From the IMG/VR virus record IMGVR_UViG_3300021311_000141, positions 1-64,000 of that record: 64,000 bases of DNA; one strand, written 5' to 3'. A program made the position numbers and the translations under genes. The DNA is from a virus (Duplodnaviria > Caudoviricetes). Below the pieces are notes generated by a model. It was not told the DNA's origin. It saw only the letters and a list, made by a program, of their open reading frames with translations, and did no database searches. Positions 44,558-53,454 of this stretch are shown here, piece after piece (positions within the stretch are counted from its first letter, which is position 1; each line of letters starts with the position of its first letter).

Positions 44558-47069
44558 CGGCGCTCTCCTCTTCGGCCTGCATCCACGCCCTGGCCAGGGA
44601 CAGCATTTGGCTTTCGTGCTCCGCTGCGGCGGCGCCGCGTTCCGCCGGCAGGTATTCAGCCAGAAATGCGAACGCACATGTATCCCCGATGTCCGGGGAC
44701 TTGATGCCCTGCGCCCGCATCCTCTCCTTGGTTTCCATGGCGTAGCGCCCGCGCTCGTCCAGTTTGAACGGCAGCTTTGACACCTGTTCCACGAAGTTGC
44801 GCTGCTGCGGCCCCTGAAAACGCTTTTGGAAAATGGCGTCGCGCAGCTTGCAGTAGGCGAAGGCGCGCAGGTTGGCGTATCTTCGCTGTGCCGCAGCCGT
44901 GTGGCAGGGAAGCCCCCAGTGGATGGCCTGCACCGGGATGCCCAGTTCTTCCAGTTCAAGGATCACCGTCCGCCCTGCGCCGTCGCCGTCAACGGCTATG
45001 CTCAAATTCGGCAGCTCATAGTATTTGCTGGCGATGAAGCGGGCGAACTGCTTTTCGTTCATGTCAAGGAACTCGCTGCATTCCACAGACGCCACACGGC
45101 GCTCATCTCCCTGCCCGGACATCCTGACGATGTTGGCGACGCTCGAATCCCGGTGCAGCCCCTCGGCAACATCGGCCAGCAGCACATAGCCCCAGTCGCC
45201 TTCGGGAAATTCGACGGCGTTATACTGACAGTCCTCCACCCAGCGCCGGGGAATGAGGTAGCCGGCCATGTTGTCGGGGAAGTTGCCCAGAACCTTGATC
45301 TGGTATTCCGGCGAGTGGTGCCCGCCGTATTCCTGCAGCTTTTCGAGGATATATTCCCGTGAGACAATGGGGGATTCCTCGGAGTTCATGGTGATGGCGT
45401 CATAGATGCCGTCTTCGCCATGCCCCTTTGCCAGCTTGCGCATGGCGTCGGCAAAGTGCCCGGCCGGCCGCGTGGGCTGGGAGGTCATCACATAGCGGTT
45501 GCGGCGGTGCGTCAGGGCGCCGCGCAGAACGCCGTGGATGGCGTCATCCACGCCAGAGGCCTCATCGACCACGATGAGCAGGTTGTTGTTGTGCTGGCCG
45601 GCAAGGTTCTCCGGCGCGTTCTTGCTGGCCGTCTTGGGGAGGACGTACCAGCTGTCCTTGAATCCGCGGGCGTAATAGCGCCGCGTCTCCTTGATAAAAA
45701 AGCCGCGCATCCACGGGTAAAGGGAATCCATGCAATCGATCACGCCGTCCAGATACTTCCAGACCACAGACCGGGCCTGTTCGATGTTGGTGGCGGTCAG
45801 GATGGCGTTGGAATGCGGGAATACGCGCATGTTCCAGTCAAGGAGCCATGCCAGGAGGAAGCTCTTGCCCGTGTTGTGAAGCACCATGAAATCGCCAGAA
45901 AGGAACCGCCGGTTCCCGTCTATCATAAAGCCGAAGTATTCACCGCTTCCAAGGGGCTCAACGCTCTTGACGCCAAAATGAAGGTTGGCCCTTTGAATTT
46001 TTCCTTCCACCGTCGGGCGTTTTCTCTCGATACGGATAGGAATATTCTCTATATTGCGCGTAAGATTTATGACAAAATAGCTGCCTATCACACCTGTATT
46101 TTTGCACGTTTTTTGAACGCATTTCTTTGTTGCATGTATTCCAAGAGAGCGCGCCAGGAACACAATGCCGTCTGCTATCCTCTCATTCTTTTGAGTGATT
46201 GACAGTACCCTTTTTGTGCGCTTGTCTAGCGTTCCGTCGGTATCAACAAGCCCTGCTAAAAGTTCTTTTCTGTCTTCAGCACAGGAAGTTAAATACTCTT
46301 TAGGAATGTGCTTATTGCCCAATAGATTCAAAACGGCTAGTTTACTCTTGAAACCATTAGGTTTCCATTCATTGGACACCCATATATCAAGCCCGGTTTG
46401 CCGATATGTATATCCGTTATCATCGGCATACGTCTTCAAAGCCTGCCTGATCTCTACGTCAGGATTTGTCACAAGCTGGCTTGTCGAGCATCCATCTCCG
46501 AGCCATATGCCCAAAATATACGGTGGAATTGGCAAGTTCCCTTGGCGTTGTGCAAAGTCGCAGCTTACGCGATAGCTGGCATGTGTCCGTCTCTTTCTGT
46601 CACTCCAAGAAAGATAATCTCTAACAGTCGTCTCTTTCTTGTCGCCCGCCCTTTGCGCCCCGTGCGTTTGCGTAGCCACGAGACAAATAATATGCGATTC
46701 GTTGAAAACGTGCTGTGTGCCATCGAAAAACGTGAAGCGATATAAGTTTTCTCTGCCCCTGCAAAGTTCCAGCACATTGCGCGGCGTTGAATCGTCGCCC
46801 ATAAGCACGTCCCCCACGCACACGTCTTCCACAGCCTTCACGGCTCCGTCGTACATGAGAATCGGCGTACCCTTTCCAAAGCATCCGTGCCCGCTCGACA
46901 CGGCCACGCGCGCGCCGGGACGCTGGCAGGCGTCTATGAACTCCATCTGCTGCCATGTGGGGACGACATTGCAGTTTTCCAGCACATAGTCATGGAAGTT
47001 GTCGTAGTACCGCTCCCTGAACCGCAAATAGCGGGGGTCGGCAAGAATGCTAGGCGCTTTGGCCGCCAT
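44547..47069 (-). CDS. pacB: Terminase large subunit (P1 PacB-like) containing an intein; about 503 aa after splicing
   Basis: Walker A SGHG^TGKS split by the intein; Walker B LIVVDEASG; RNase H-type LLADVAEG and KSPDIGD motifs; SD before ATG 47069. Confidence 0.92.
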   Translation of the reverse strand: MAAKAPSILADPRYLRFRERYYDNFHDYVLENCNVVPTWQQMEFIDACQRPGARVAVSSGHGCFGKGTPILMYDGAVKAVEDVCVGDVLMGDDSTPRNVLELCRGRENLYRFTFFDGTQHVFNESHIICLVATQTHGAQRAGDKKETTVRDYLSWSDRKRRTHASYRVSCDFAQRQGNLPIPPYILGIWLGDGCSTSQLVTNPDVEIRQALKTYADDNGYTYRQTGLDIWVSNEWKPNGFKSKLAVLNLLGNKHIPKEYLTSCAEDRKELLAGLVDTDGTLDKRTKRVLSITQKNERIADGIVFLARSLGIHATKKCVQKTCKNTGVIGSYFVINLTRNIENIPIRIERKRPTVEGKIQRANLHFGVKSVEPLGSGEYFGFMIDGNRRFLSGDFMVLHNTGKSFLLAWLLDWNMRVFPHSNAILTATNIEQARSVVWKYLDGVIDCMDSLYPWMRGFFIKETRRYYARGFKDSWYVLPKTASKNAPENLAGQHNNNLLIVVDEASGVDDAIHGVLRGALTHRRNRYVMTSQPTRPAGHFADAMRKLAKGHGEDGIYDAITMNSEESPIVSREYILEKLQEYGGHHSPEYQIKVLGNFPDNMAGYLIPRRWVEDCQYNAVEFPEGDWGYVLLADVAEGLHRDSSVANIVRMSGQGDERRVASVECSEFLDMNEKQFARFIASKYYELPNLSIAVDGDGAGRTVILELEELGIPVQAIHWGLPCHTAAAQRRYANLRAFAYCKLRDAIFQKRFQGPQQRNFVEQVSKLPFKLDERGRYAMETKERMRAQGIKSPDIGDTCAFAFLAEYLPAERGAAAAEHESQMLSLARAWMQAEEESAGGR
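45873..46883 (-). mobile_element. Intein (337 aa) with LAGLIDADG homing endonuclease
   Basis: Begins CFGKGTPILMYDG and ends FMVLHN followed by Thr; YILGIWLGDG and ELLAGLVDTDG motifs; AT-richer than the exteins. Confidence 0.95.
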
Positions 47070-47736
47070 CCCCTTCACCCCTTTCCGCAGGCTTGGCAGG
47101 CGTGGCCCCTGGGGCGTGGCTGTCTGCCACCTGCCTGTGCAGACCCGCCATCTCGGCCCGTCGCTGCGGCAGGCCGTCACGCTGGGCCTGCTGCTCCATC
47201 TCGCGCTCTCTGGCGCGGCGCTCCATCTCTTCGTCCGTCACGACGCAGTACACCCCGGCGTTGGGGTCATCCGGCTCGATTTCCTCTTTCGCCAGCAGTA
47301 TGCGGATCGTATCGGGCAGCGGAACGCCGTTCATTTCCAGTTCGAGGGCCGTGTCCTTCAGGGAAAGCTCGCCGTTCTTGTATTTGCCAAGAATGTCCTG
47401 TGCCTTGGCCGAAATGGCGTCAGGGTCATCCGCATACCCTTTTGCCCTGGGCATCCCGTACTTGAGCACCAAGTCCATGCAATCCTGATTGCCCGCCAAG
47501 GCTTTCTTCTCCACCGTCGGCCACACTTTTTCAGCGGATATGCGGGCCATCTGCAGCAGCTTGCTTCCGACGCCCGCAGGCCTCCCCGGCCCGCCCGCGC
47601 CTCCGCTCACAAACTGCCCCTTGGCATTGCGCTTCGGGCCAGCAGCCGTTTTGCCCGTTTGTTTAACGGTGGCGGCTTTGGCCTTATCTTCCGGCCTGGC
47701 CTTGCCGGACGCTGCGTTGGAGGACTTTGCAGCCAT
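47050..47736 (-). CDS. pacA: Terminase small subunit (P1 PacA-like C-terminus)
   Basis: GQFVSGGAGGPGRP N-terminal motif; LELEMNGVPLP..EMERRARER..QRRAEM resembles PacA; overlaps the pacB start. Confidence 0.75.
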   Translation of the reverse strand: MAAKSSNAASGKARPEDKAKAATVKQTGKTAAGPKRNAKGQFVSGGAGGPGRPAGVGSKLLQMARISAEKVWPTVEKKALAGNQDCMDLVLKYGMPRAKGYADDPDAISAKAQDILGKYKNGELSLKDTALELEMNGVPLPDTIRILLAKEEIEPDDPNAGVYCVVTDEEMERRAREREMEQQAQRDGLPQRRAEMAGLHRQVADSHAPGATPAKPAERGEGDGGQSA

Positions 47737-47738
47737 CC

Positions 47739-47978
47739 CTAGACCCCCGCGCCTTCAGTCCTGTTTGCGGTGCGCGCGGCCAGGTGCTCCGCCAGCACAC
47801 GAACGGCCTCGCGCAGGGCGCTTGCCGTATCGACCGCGATTTCCGTCGTTTCATGGATGTGCCCGCAGGTGAGGCATCGGCGCGTCCTGATGACGCAACT
47901 GGAGAGAGAAGCGGTCTGGATCACCGATGTGGTGGACTTTCCACAGGCCGGACACAGGTAGCCGCGTTTTTCACACAT
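47739..47978 (-). CDS. Zinc-ribbon protein (Ogr/Delta or NrdR-N-like); candidate late activator
   Basis: CPACG..SVIQT..RTRRCLTCGHIHETTE; start revised to MCEKRGY. Confidence 0.65.
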   Translation of the reverse strand: MCEKRGYLCPACGKSTTSVIQTASLSSCVIRTRRCLTCGHIHETTEIAVDTASALREAVRVLAEHLAARTANRTEGAGV

Positions 47979-48196
47979 TACGCACCCCCCACGTTTTGCG
48001 CACGGGCCTGGCTCAATTTCACAAAAAGCTCCTGCTTCTCCCGCCGGCACTGCGAAAGCATGAGGTCGCGCCGGTTGATCTCCTCCCACAGCCAATCGTT
48101 CTCGCAGCAGACGCACATGCCGTTTTCCGGGTTGAGCAACAGCTTCTGCCGGCATCGGCGGCACGGGCCGATCTGTCTCCCATCCATGCTCGCCAT
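47978..48196 (-). CDS. Small cysteine-rich protein
   Basis: CRRC..CVCC motif; translationally coupled with neighbours. Confidence 0.55.
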   Translation of the reverse strand: MASMDGRQIGPCRRCRQKLLLNPENGMCVCCENDWLWEEINRRDLMLSQCRREKQELFVKLSQARAQNVGGA

Positions 48197-48199
48197 AAA

Positions 48200-48550
48200 T
48201 CATGCTCCTCCGGCCAGAAAGAATGTGAGCGTCGCGGCGGCAATGCCGCCAAGGGCGATGAAGGCCGCGAAAATCCACGGCCCGTCCGCAGGCTGGGCGA
48301 GGGCGCAGCGTCCCCAGCGCCACGGCAGGATGCCGGGGCGGTACAGGGGGCAGTGTGGCCCGACACAGGTGCAGGCCAGATAGATGGGAGCATCCGCGCC
48401 GGAAGGCTTGCCCTGCCCGAAGTTGACGATGTTGAACGCGCCTGCCTGAAGGGCCTGCACCCGCGCCCCCTCGACGTTCTGCACGGACACCCGGCCCATG
48501 GGGCACCAGGTCTGTTTGCGCTTCTCCTGCGCGGCCTTCGTTTTGAACAT
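48200..48550 (-). CDS. Hypothetical protein with C-terminal transmembrane segment
   Basis: GGGGG SD before MFKTK; WCPM..CVGPHCPLY motif. Confidence 0.55.
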   Translation of the reverse strand: MFKTKAAQEKRKQTWCPMGRVSVQNVEGARVQALQAGAFNIVNFGQGKPSGADAPIYLACTCVGPHCPLYRPGILPWRWGRCALAQPADGPWIFAAFIALGGIAAATLTFFLAGGA

Positions 48551-48560
48551 GGTTCCCCCG

Positions 48561-49070
48561 CTACTTCTCGCAGTCCCCGCAACCCTGGCAGGCTTCGTCC
48601 GCCGGGGCGTCGTCCCCGTGGGCATGGAAGGGACACTGCCGCGCGTGTTGCCGCCGCATGTCTTCGGGCATGGCGTCGCGTATGGCGTTCATGTCCGCCT
48701 CGTCCATGGGGTCGAACGTGGTGAGGCCGAACTTGGAGCGCGCGAAGGCCATGACCGCGCCCGTGCCGTAAATGCCGAAGAAGAGGCCTATGCCAAGCTG
48801 TATTGCCGGGGTGACGGCCTCACAGAACATGGGGGCAAGCAGCGCGGCTCCCCCGCCGATGAACCCCTGCGTGATGCCCTGCAGGGTGACGTGGCTGACA
48901 ATCTGCACCAGCGTCCGCTGCTTGAACCCTCCCTTGATGCGCTTGAGCCCGAACAGGAAGGCCGCGCCGCCGGTAAAGGCGAACAGCGGCCAGGATTCCC
49001 GAATGGCATCAAGATACTGTTGCCCGCCGCTGCCTGATTGAATCATGTTCATGTCAGTTACCCTTTCCAT
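48561..49070 (-). CDS. Putative holin
   Basis: Three hydrophobic segments and a charged C-terminus; last gene of the lysis cassette. Confidence 0.6.
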   Translation of the reverse strand: MERVTDMNMIQSGSGGQQYLDAIRESWPLFAFTGGAAFLFGLKRIKGGFKQRTLVQIVSHVTLQGITQGFIGGGAALLAPMFCEAVTPAIQLGIGLFFGIYGTGAVMAFARSKFGLTTFDPMDEADMNAIRDAMPEDMRRQHARQCPFHAHGDDAPADEACQGCGDCEK

Positions 49071-49332
49071 GGTTGCCCTCCAGTTTCAGCATTTTGGCCC
49101 GGTATTCGCGCAGGGCCTGCATGTTGACGTTGTGGGCTTTGATGGCGTTCTCGTCGGCGATGACTATGCGTACCAGGTCGCCTACGGTTTTCGCGCCGTC
49201 GCGGGGCGGCAACGGGCAGTCATCGAGAAGCATCACCGGGGGCAGGAACCGCACCGGCTCCGCCGTCGGTTGCGCCGTGCCGGAGCAGCCGGATAACGTC
49301 ATCAGGCAGCACAGCGCGGCCCCAGTCATCAT
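49054..49332 (-). CDS. o-spanin (Rz1-like lipoprotein)
   Basis: Lipobox LSGC, Pro-rich LPPVMLLDDCPLPP; overlaps Rz in another frame. Confidence 0.85.
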   Translation of the reverse strand: MMTGAALCCLMTLSGCSGTAQPTAEPVRFLPPVMLLDDCPLPPRDGAKTVGDLVRIVIADENAIKAHNVNMQALREYRAKMLKLEGNHGKGN

Positions 49333-49576
49333 TGTTGCGCAGCACATTTTCAGTTTCCGTGACGCGCCATTGATTCTTTTCATCCTGCACCTTCCTTGCC
49401 GCCAGGGCTTCCGCCTCTGCGGCATCGGCAAGCCCCTGGGCCTGCTGTAAGAGGTCAATACGGGCGGTCGCCGTGTCCAGCCGTGCCTCCACGCTCCAGA
49501 CGTGCCGGGCGACTGCGTAGATGAGGCACAGCAGCGCCACGGCGCCGGCAGCCATGGACAGCCACACGCGGCCCAT
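49220..49576 (-). CDS. i-spanin (Rz-like)
   Basis: N-terminal TM, coiled coil, C-terminal WGRAVLPDDVIRLL. Confidence 0.85.
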   Translation of the reverse strand: MGRVWLSMAAGAVALLCLIYAVARHVWSVEARLDTATARIDLLQQAQGLADAAEAEALAARKVQDEKNQWRVTETENVLRNNDDWGRAVLPDDVIRLLRHGATDGGAGAVPAPGDASR

Positions 49577-50181
49577 TATTTGAGCCCCCGGACATAGGAC
49601 AGGAGATCGTTGCAGCGGTTGCGCCAGCCCTTGCCGAACGGGCGATAGTCGCGCCCGTCGGGGTAGGGAGACCTGTTGACAAGCATGTTGTGAAAGGCGA
49701 GTCGCTTGCCGATGGCGGCTTCCGCCAGGGCGAGGCCCTTGCCCGCATTGTTCAGGTCGCGGACGGCCTGCACGGTGAGGGGGCCGCAGGCGCCGTCCTC
49801 CTTGAGCAGAGGCTTCCCGGCGAGGGCGTTGACTGCCGCCTGCAGGCAGAGGATGGAGCGGGTTCGGCCCGTATTGACGTTGGTGTCATAGACGACGCAC
49901 TGCACGGGCAGGGAGATCAGACGGTCAAGCGCGGGCTCTTCCCAGAAGGCCCGGTAAAAAATTTGGTCAACTTTATCCTGGTCTTTGTTCCGATAGAGGG
50001 TCAGGATGTCCTTGATGTCGATGTGCCCGTCACCGTTGATGTCGATGCCGGTCTGCTTGAGGAAGCGCAGGGAGACGCCGTTGTAGGTCGCGCCGCCCGG
50101 ATCGTTGGGATGGTTGACGTAGCCCTTTTCCCACTTTTGCGTGAACAGGTTGGCCGTTCGGAAGTTGTCTTTCGCTGTCAT
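49576..50181 (-). CDS. Endolysin, glycoside hydrolase family 108
   Basis: EKGYVNHPNDPGGATYNGV signature and C-terminal FGKGWRNR peptidoglycan-binding motif. Confidence 0.92.
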   Translation of the reverse strand: MTAKDNFRTANLFTQKWEKGYVNHPNDPGGATYNGVSLRFLKQTGIDINGDGHIDIKDILTLYRNKDQDKVDQIFYRAFWEEPALDRLISLPVQCVVYDTNVNTGRTRSILCLQAAVNALAGKPLLKEDGACGPLTVQAVRDLNNAGKGLALAEAAIGKRLAFHNMLVNRSPYPDGRDYRPFGKGWRNRCNDLLSYVRGLK

Positions 50182-50230
50182 GGTTCCCTCCTGCCGTTTT
50201 TTGGCAAAAGCGTACCACAGGATTTACAGG

Positions 50231-50290
50231 CGGATAGGCTGAGGATAGGCTGGGGAAGGTTGAGGCATAGCTGGTGACAGGTTGACAGTT
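50231..50290. repeat. Degenerate ~11-bp tandem repeats upstream of the lysis/terminase operon
   Basis: cggataggctg aggataggctg gggaaggttg aggcatagctg gtgacaggttg. Confidence 0.6.
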
Positions 50291-50295
50291 TTTTC

Positions 50296-50676
50296 ATGGA
50301 GGCGCATATGGCTACGCTAGCTACGCTATTGACTTTCCTCTCTACTATTACTGGCTTCCTTTCAGCGTGCTTTTGGTGGAAATCTGCGAATCTCGACTAT
50401 TCTAGCGACTTTGGTGAATTGGATGCTCCATATTTCGGGAATTGTTACGGGGGAATGCCTCTAAAAATGAGAACAATTATAAAATTCACTCAACTTTTTA
50501 CTATCAAATATAAAACTATTGTAAATTTATATAATACTGAACTCAACAAAACACATAAAAATTATATATATCTGTCGTCAAAACTTAATGCACTTGCCGC
50601 ATTTTACGCCGCAATTACGGTAGCATTTTTATTTCTGAATGAGCTAATTAAACTTCTCTCTGATTTTTCATGTTAA
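50296..50676 (+). CDS. AT-rich two-TM membrane protein (moron)
   Basis: GGAGG SD; hydrophobic N- and C-terminal segments; low GC; opposite strand to the flanks. Confidence 0.65.
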   Translation: MEAHMATLATLLTFLSTITGFLSACFWWKSANLDYSSDFGELDAPYFGNCYGGMPLKMRTIIKFTQLFTIKYKTIVNLYNTELNKTHKNYIYLSSKLNALAAFYAAITVAFLFLNELIKLLSDFSC

Positions 50677-50869
50677 ATATTTCTCTCCATATTTGAAGAC
50701 GCATAGCTTCAGTGCTATACTTTTTCTTACTACCGCGCCCTTCGACTGTAATCGGCGCACCATTCTTTTTCCATGTCCTAACAGTTTTTGGACAAACACC
50801 CATTTTTTCACATATTTCAGCCATATTGCGTAGTATTTTCGGCTCATACACAACACAAGGCTGGTTCAT
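50648..50869 (-). CDS. Small winged-HTH DNA-binding protein (MerR/Xis/Nu1-like)
   Basis: LRNMAEICEKMGVCPKTVRTWKKNGAPI. Confidence 0.7.
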   Translation of the reverse strand: MNQPCVVYEPKILRNMAEICEKMGVCPKTVRTWKKNGAPITVEGRGSKKKYSTEAMRLQIWREIFNMKNQREV

Positions 50870-50885
50870 CTGCTCTCTACCCCCA

Positions 50886-51137
50886 TCAATGGATTTTTGT
50901 GTTGACATCCGTCCCATCCTTCCTTTCGCCGTTGATGATCTTGCCGCAATGCGGACACACCTTGGTCTCCTTGTAGTTATGGCCGCCGAAGCACAGCGCA
51001 GTCCCGGCTATGAAGATAAGCAGAGTTACGGTTATTTCGCTCAAGCCGTCCTTGAGCAACAGACAGGCCATGTAGAGAATGCCACAACAGCCTGTGATGC
51101 GAGCGATCTCCACCAGAGCCCAGCAAATCATCCTCAT
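50886..51137 (-). CDS. Small membrane protein with zinc ribbon
   Basis: Two TMs, then CPHCGK. Confidence 0.5.
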   Translation of the reverse strand: MRMICWALVEIARITGCCGILYMACLLLKDGLSEITVTLLIFIAGTALCFGGHNYKETKVCPHCGKIINGERKDGTDVNTKIH

Positions 51138-51442
51138 TGCGTGTCCTCCCCCTTTGGCTCCCGCGGCGGCAGGTGGGCCCCATGCCAGATGATGCGGCGA
51201 TTACGCCACATCCCGACAGCCCCGGCCCAGCCCTTGCGCGCCTGTCTCGCCGCCCCGGCCCAGCCGTGACCAAGGAAGGCCTGCACGATATCCGCAGCAA
51301 CGCATACCGGGTACAGCGCCGCGCACAGTGCCAGGCCGCACACGGGATGCCGCTTGATGAACCCGTAAATCCACCGTCCGCAGTTTGTCACAAACCGTTC
51401 CTTCAGTGTCTTGCCACCACTGGAGTGATTCACGATAGCCAC
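51134..51442 (-). CDS. Hypothetical protein
   Basis: Coupled ORF in the nin-like operon. Confidence 0.5.
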   Translation of the reverse strand: MAIVNHSSGGKTLKERFVTNCGRWIYGFIKRHPVCGLALCAALYPVCVAADIVQAFLGHGWAGAARQARKGWAGAVGMWRNRRIIWHGAHLPPREPKGEDTQ

Positions 51443-51444
51443 GG

Positions 51445-51693
51445 CTACGCGCCTCCTTCGGTGTCGCCGGTCACGGCTTTGCGCGCGGCGCGGCGCCAGT
51501 CCACGGCTTCATACGGGTAGGGCAATTCCTGCTCGCAGTGCTGCCATATCCAGCGGCCCATGCCTGCGGCCTTTATGGCCAGCCAGGCGGCCTCACTTTC
51601 GAGACGGTCTGCGCGGGCCTTTTCTTCCGCAAGCTGCCGCGCAAGCGACATGGCAGGAGCGTTGAGCCTTTCAGTTGCGCCCATAGCCAGCAC
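51445..51693 (-). CDS. Hypothetical protein
   Basis: Coupled ORF; W.RAARKAV end. Confidence 0.5.
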   Translation of the reverse strand: MLAMGATERLNAPAMSLARQLAEEKARADRLESEAAWLAIKAAGMGRWIWQHCEQELPYPYEAVDWRRAARKAVTGDTEGGA

Positions 51694-51877
51694 CTCCCAT
51701 GCCGTGCTTCACCCGGTCGTGTTCCTCGGCGCGCTTGGCATTGTTGAAGCGGTCGGTTGTGCCGACCAGGTAGCCTGTGATGCGGCGTATCCTCTGGAAT
51801 CTCACGCCCTCGCCGACCAGTTTTTTACGTCCCTCTGCCCACGTTTGCTCCCGCAACCGCTCTCTGACGCTTTTCAT
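51671..51877 (-). CDS. Stand-alone NrdD C-terminal (glycyl-radical loop) domain
   Basis: 68 aa with RIRRITGYLVG..FNNAKRAEEHDRVKH, the class III RNR C-terminal signature. Confidence 0.8.
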   Translation of the reverse strand: MKSVRERLREQTWAEGRKKLVGEGVRFQRIRRITGYLVGTTDRFNNAKRAEEHDRVKHGMGGAGYGRN

Positions 51878-51884
51878 GCCTGCC

Positions 51885-52400
51885 TCACTTTTTCCGCTTT
51901 CCCTGCCCGTACCGCTTGAAAACCCATTCTCCGTCCTTGTCCCGCATGACGCTCAAAAAAATGAACCACGGGTGCTGCCGGGCGGCGGTTTTGAGCTTGA
52001 TGCGGTCTTTCGGGCGCCAGAACCCCTTGGTCTCATGCAGCTCCATGTGCCCATCGCCGGCGATGACCAGAAAATCCGGCGTGTAGGATGTGTTGTCGGC
52101 CAGGTTCAGGGTTATGCTCTCGTAGCGCCACTCCAAAATCTTTCCGGCCATCTTCTCTCTTTCCAGCACTGCGGCGTAATCCACCTCAAGCTGGCTCTTC
52201 ATGCGTTCTGTGTCGTAGCTGCGCCCGGCCATGGGCAGGCGGCACACGGCCTTGACGGCGTTGCCTTTCCTGGGGGCTGCGGCACACGCCGGGGGTTTTG
52301 CGCCCGCCTGTTCCGCCATGGCCTCAACCTCGGCCACGGTCATATGCCGCAAGTCCTTCCCGCGCAGGGCGCTTGCCGGAACAGTGAGTGTGCCGGCCAT
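51885..52400 (-). CDS. PD-(D/E)xK nuclease / Holliday-junction resolvase-like (DUF1064-like)
   Basis: KSQLEVDYA..YTPDFLV..LHETKGF. Confidence 0.75.
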   Translation of the reverse strand: MAGTLTVPASALRGKDLRHMTVAEVEAMAEQAGAKPPACAAAPRKGNAVKAVCRLPMAGRSYDTERMKSQLEVDYAAVLEREKMAGKILEWRYESITLNLADNTSYTPDFLVIAGDGHMELHETKGFWRPKDRIKLKTAARQHPWFIFLSVMRDKDGEWVFKRYGQGKRKK

Positions 52401-52573
52401 TATCCGAGCACCGCCAGCAGAAAGTCCCACAGCCTATTTCCCAGATGCCCGGCAATAATGCACCCCATCACGCCAACCCCAAAACAAAAACCGAGTTTTA
52501 GGCTGCCCCATGCGGACATGTTGCATTTGATTGTGACATTCACGCCGGCACTCTTTTCTTCGGCCTTGCACAT
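52400..52573 (-). CDS. Small membrane protein (57 aa, not in the ORF track)
   Basis: GGAGAGG SD, ATG at 52573, TAATG overlap with the next gene; LKLGFCFGVGVMGCIIAG. Confidence 0.5.
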   Translation of the reverse strand: MCKAEEKSAGVNVTIKCNMSAWGSLKLGFCFGVGVMGCIIAGHLGNRLWDFLLAVLG

Positions 52574-52585
52574 ATTGCCTCTCCG

Positions 52586-53083
52586 CTATCCAGCACGGTT
52601 GAAAAGTATGATTTGCCCCTTGATGCTGCCGTTGTCGCAGGCATCTTCAATGCGGCATGTGTCCTCGCTCGAATAACTGACCAGGCACGACGGCGCATTG
52701 GCCGTGCCGCCCTGCTCGCCGTTCAGGTGATAGAAGCGCAGGCGGCCGAGGAAGAAGAACACGGAGTGCGCCTGCCGCCAGATGGTCTGATGGAAACCTC
52801 GTGTTTCCGTGCGCGCGAAGATCAGGGCCAGGCCGCTGCGATGTTCCGCAAGGCGTTCCAGCCACGCAAAGACCTTCTTCCCGTAAGGCGGATTCTGCCA
52901 GACACGCCCTTGCCACGGCTTGGAAAGCCCGTCATCGAGGACGGTGTAGTGCCTGGCCGCCATGTCCCACGGCCTGTTGACCGGAGCGCAGGGGTCGAGG
53001 TTAAAGGGGCCGAGCGCCTGCAGGATGTCCGGCGGGGTCAGCCATTCTTCGGAATTGTCCGTGTTGGAGTTGAAGTTTTTCAC
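52586..53083 (-). CDS. Phage Dam-family N6-adenine DNA methyltransferase
   Basis: EEWLTPP..FNLDPCA..WQNPPYG. Confidence 0.88.
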   Translation of the reverse strand: MKNFNSNTDNSEEWLTPPDILQALGPFNLDPCAPVNRPWDMAARHYTVLDDGLSKPWQGRVWQNPPYGKKVFAWLERLAEHRSGLALIFARTETRGFHQTIWRQAHSVFFFLGRLRFYHLNGEQGGTANAPSCLVSYSSEDTCRIEDACDNGSIKGQIILFNRAG

Positions 53084-53454
53084 TGAATGCCCCCCGTTCT
53101 GCCGACGATGCCGTCCATTTCCGCACGGGCGGCCTTGTCGCCGTGGAGCGCGCGCATCACAAGGCGGCGGATGCGCGGGTCGCGCGACGGTTCCGGCTCC
53201 GGCAAAGCCGGGAACATCTCACGGGGCGCGGTGCGCGTCGTGGCCAGAATGCGCAGGATATGCGCGGGCGTCGGGAAAAACGTGCTTTGCCGCCGATGCT
53301 CCAGCATAGCCCGCTCCACGTCCTCCTGCCGCTCGTCCGCCAGGTCTGCAGCCCAGATGTCGGCCAGCAGGGCAAGCTCCTCCCCGGAGCGGCCGGAGCG
53401 GTACACCGCCTCCATTTCAGCGAGCCGCATCGCCAATCGCTGTCTGTCCAGCAT
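53080..53454 (-). CDS. Helicase loader/inhibitor (lambda P / G39P-like)
   Basis: LADIWAADLAD..VERAMLEHRRQSTFFPTPAHI; follows the replication initiator. Confidence 0.7.
   Translation of the reverse strand: MLDRQRLAMRLAEMEAVYRSGRSGEELALLADIWAADLADERQEDVERAMLEHRRQSTFFPTPAHILRILATTRTAPREMFPALPEPEPSRDPRIRRLVMRALHGDKAARAEMDGIVGRTGGIQ

Noticed and set aside
47050-47736. P1-type pac site (clustered TGATCA hexamers) in pacA
   Set aside because: No such cluster seen; the packaging site remains unlocated
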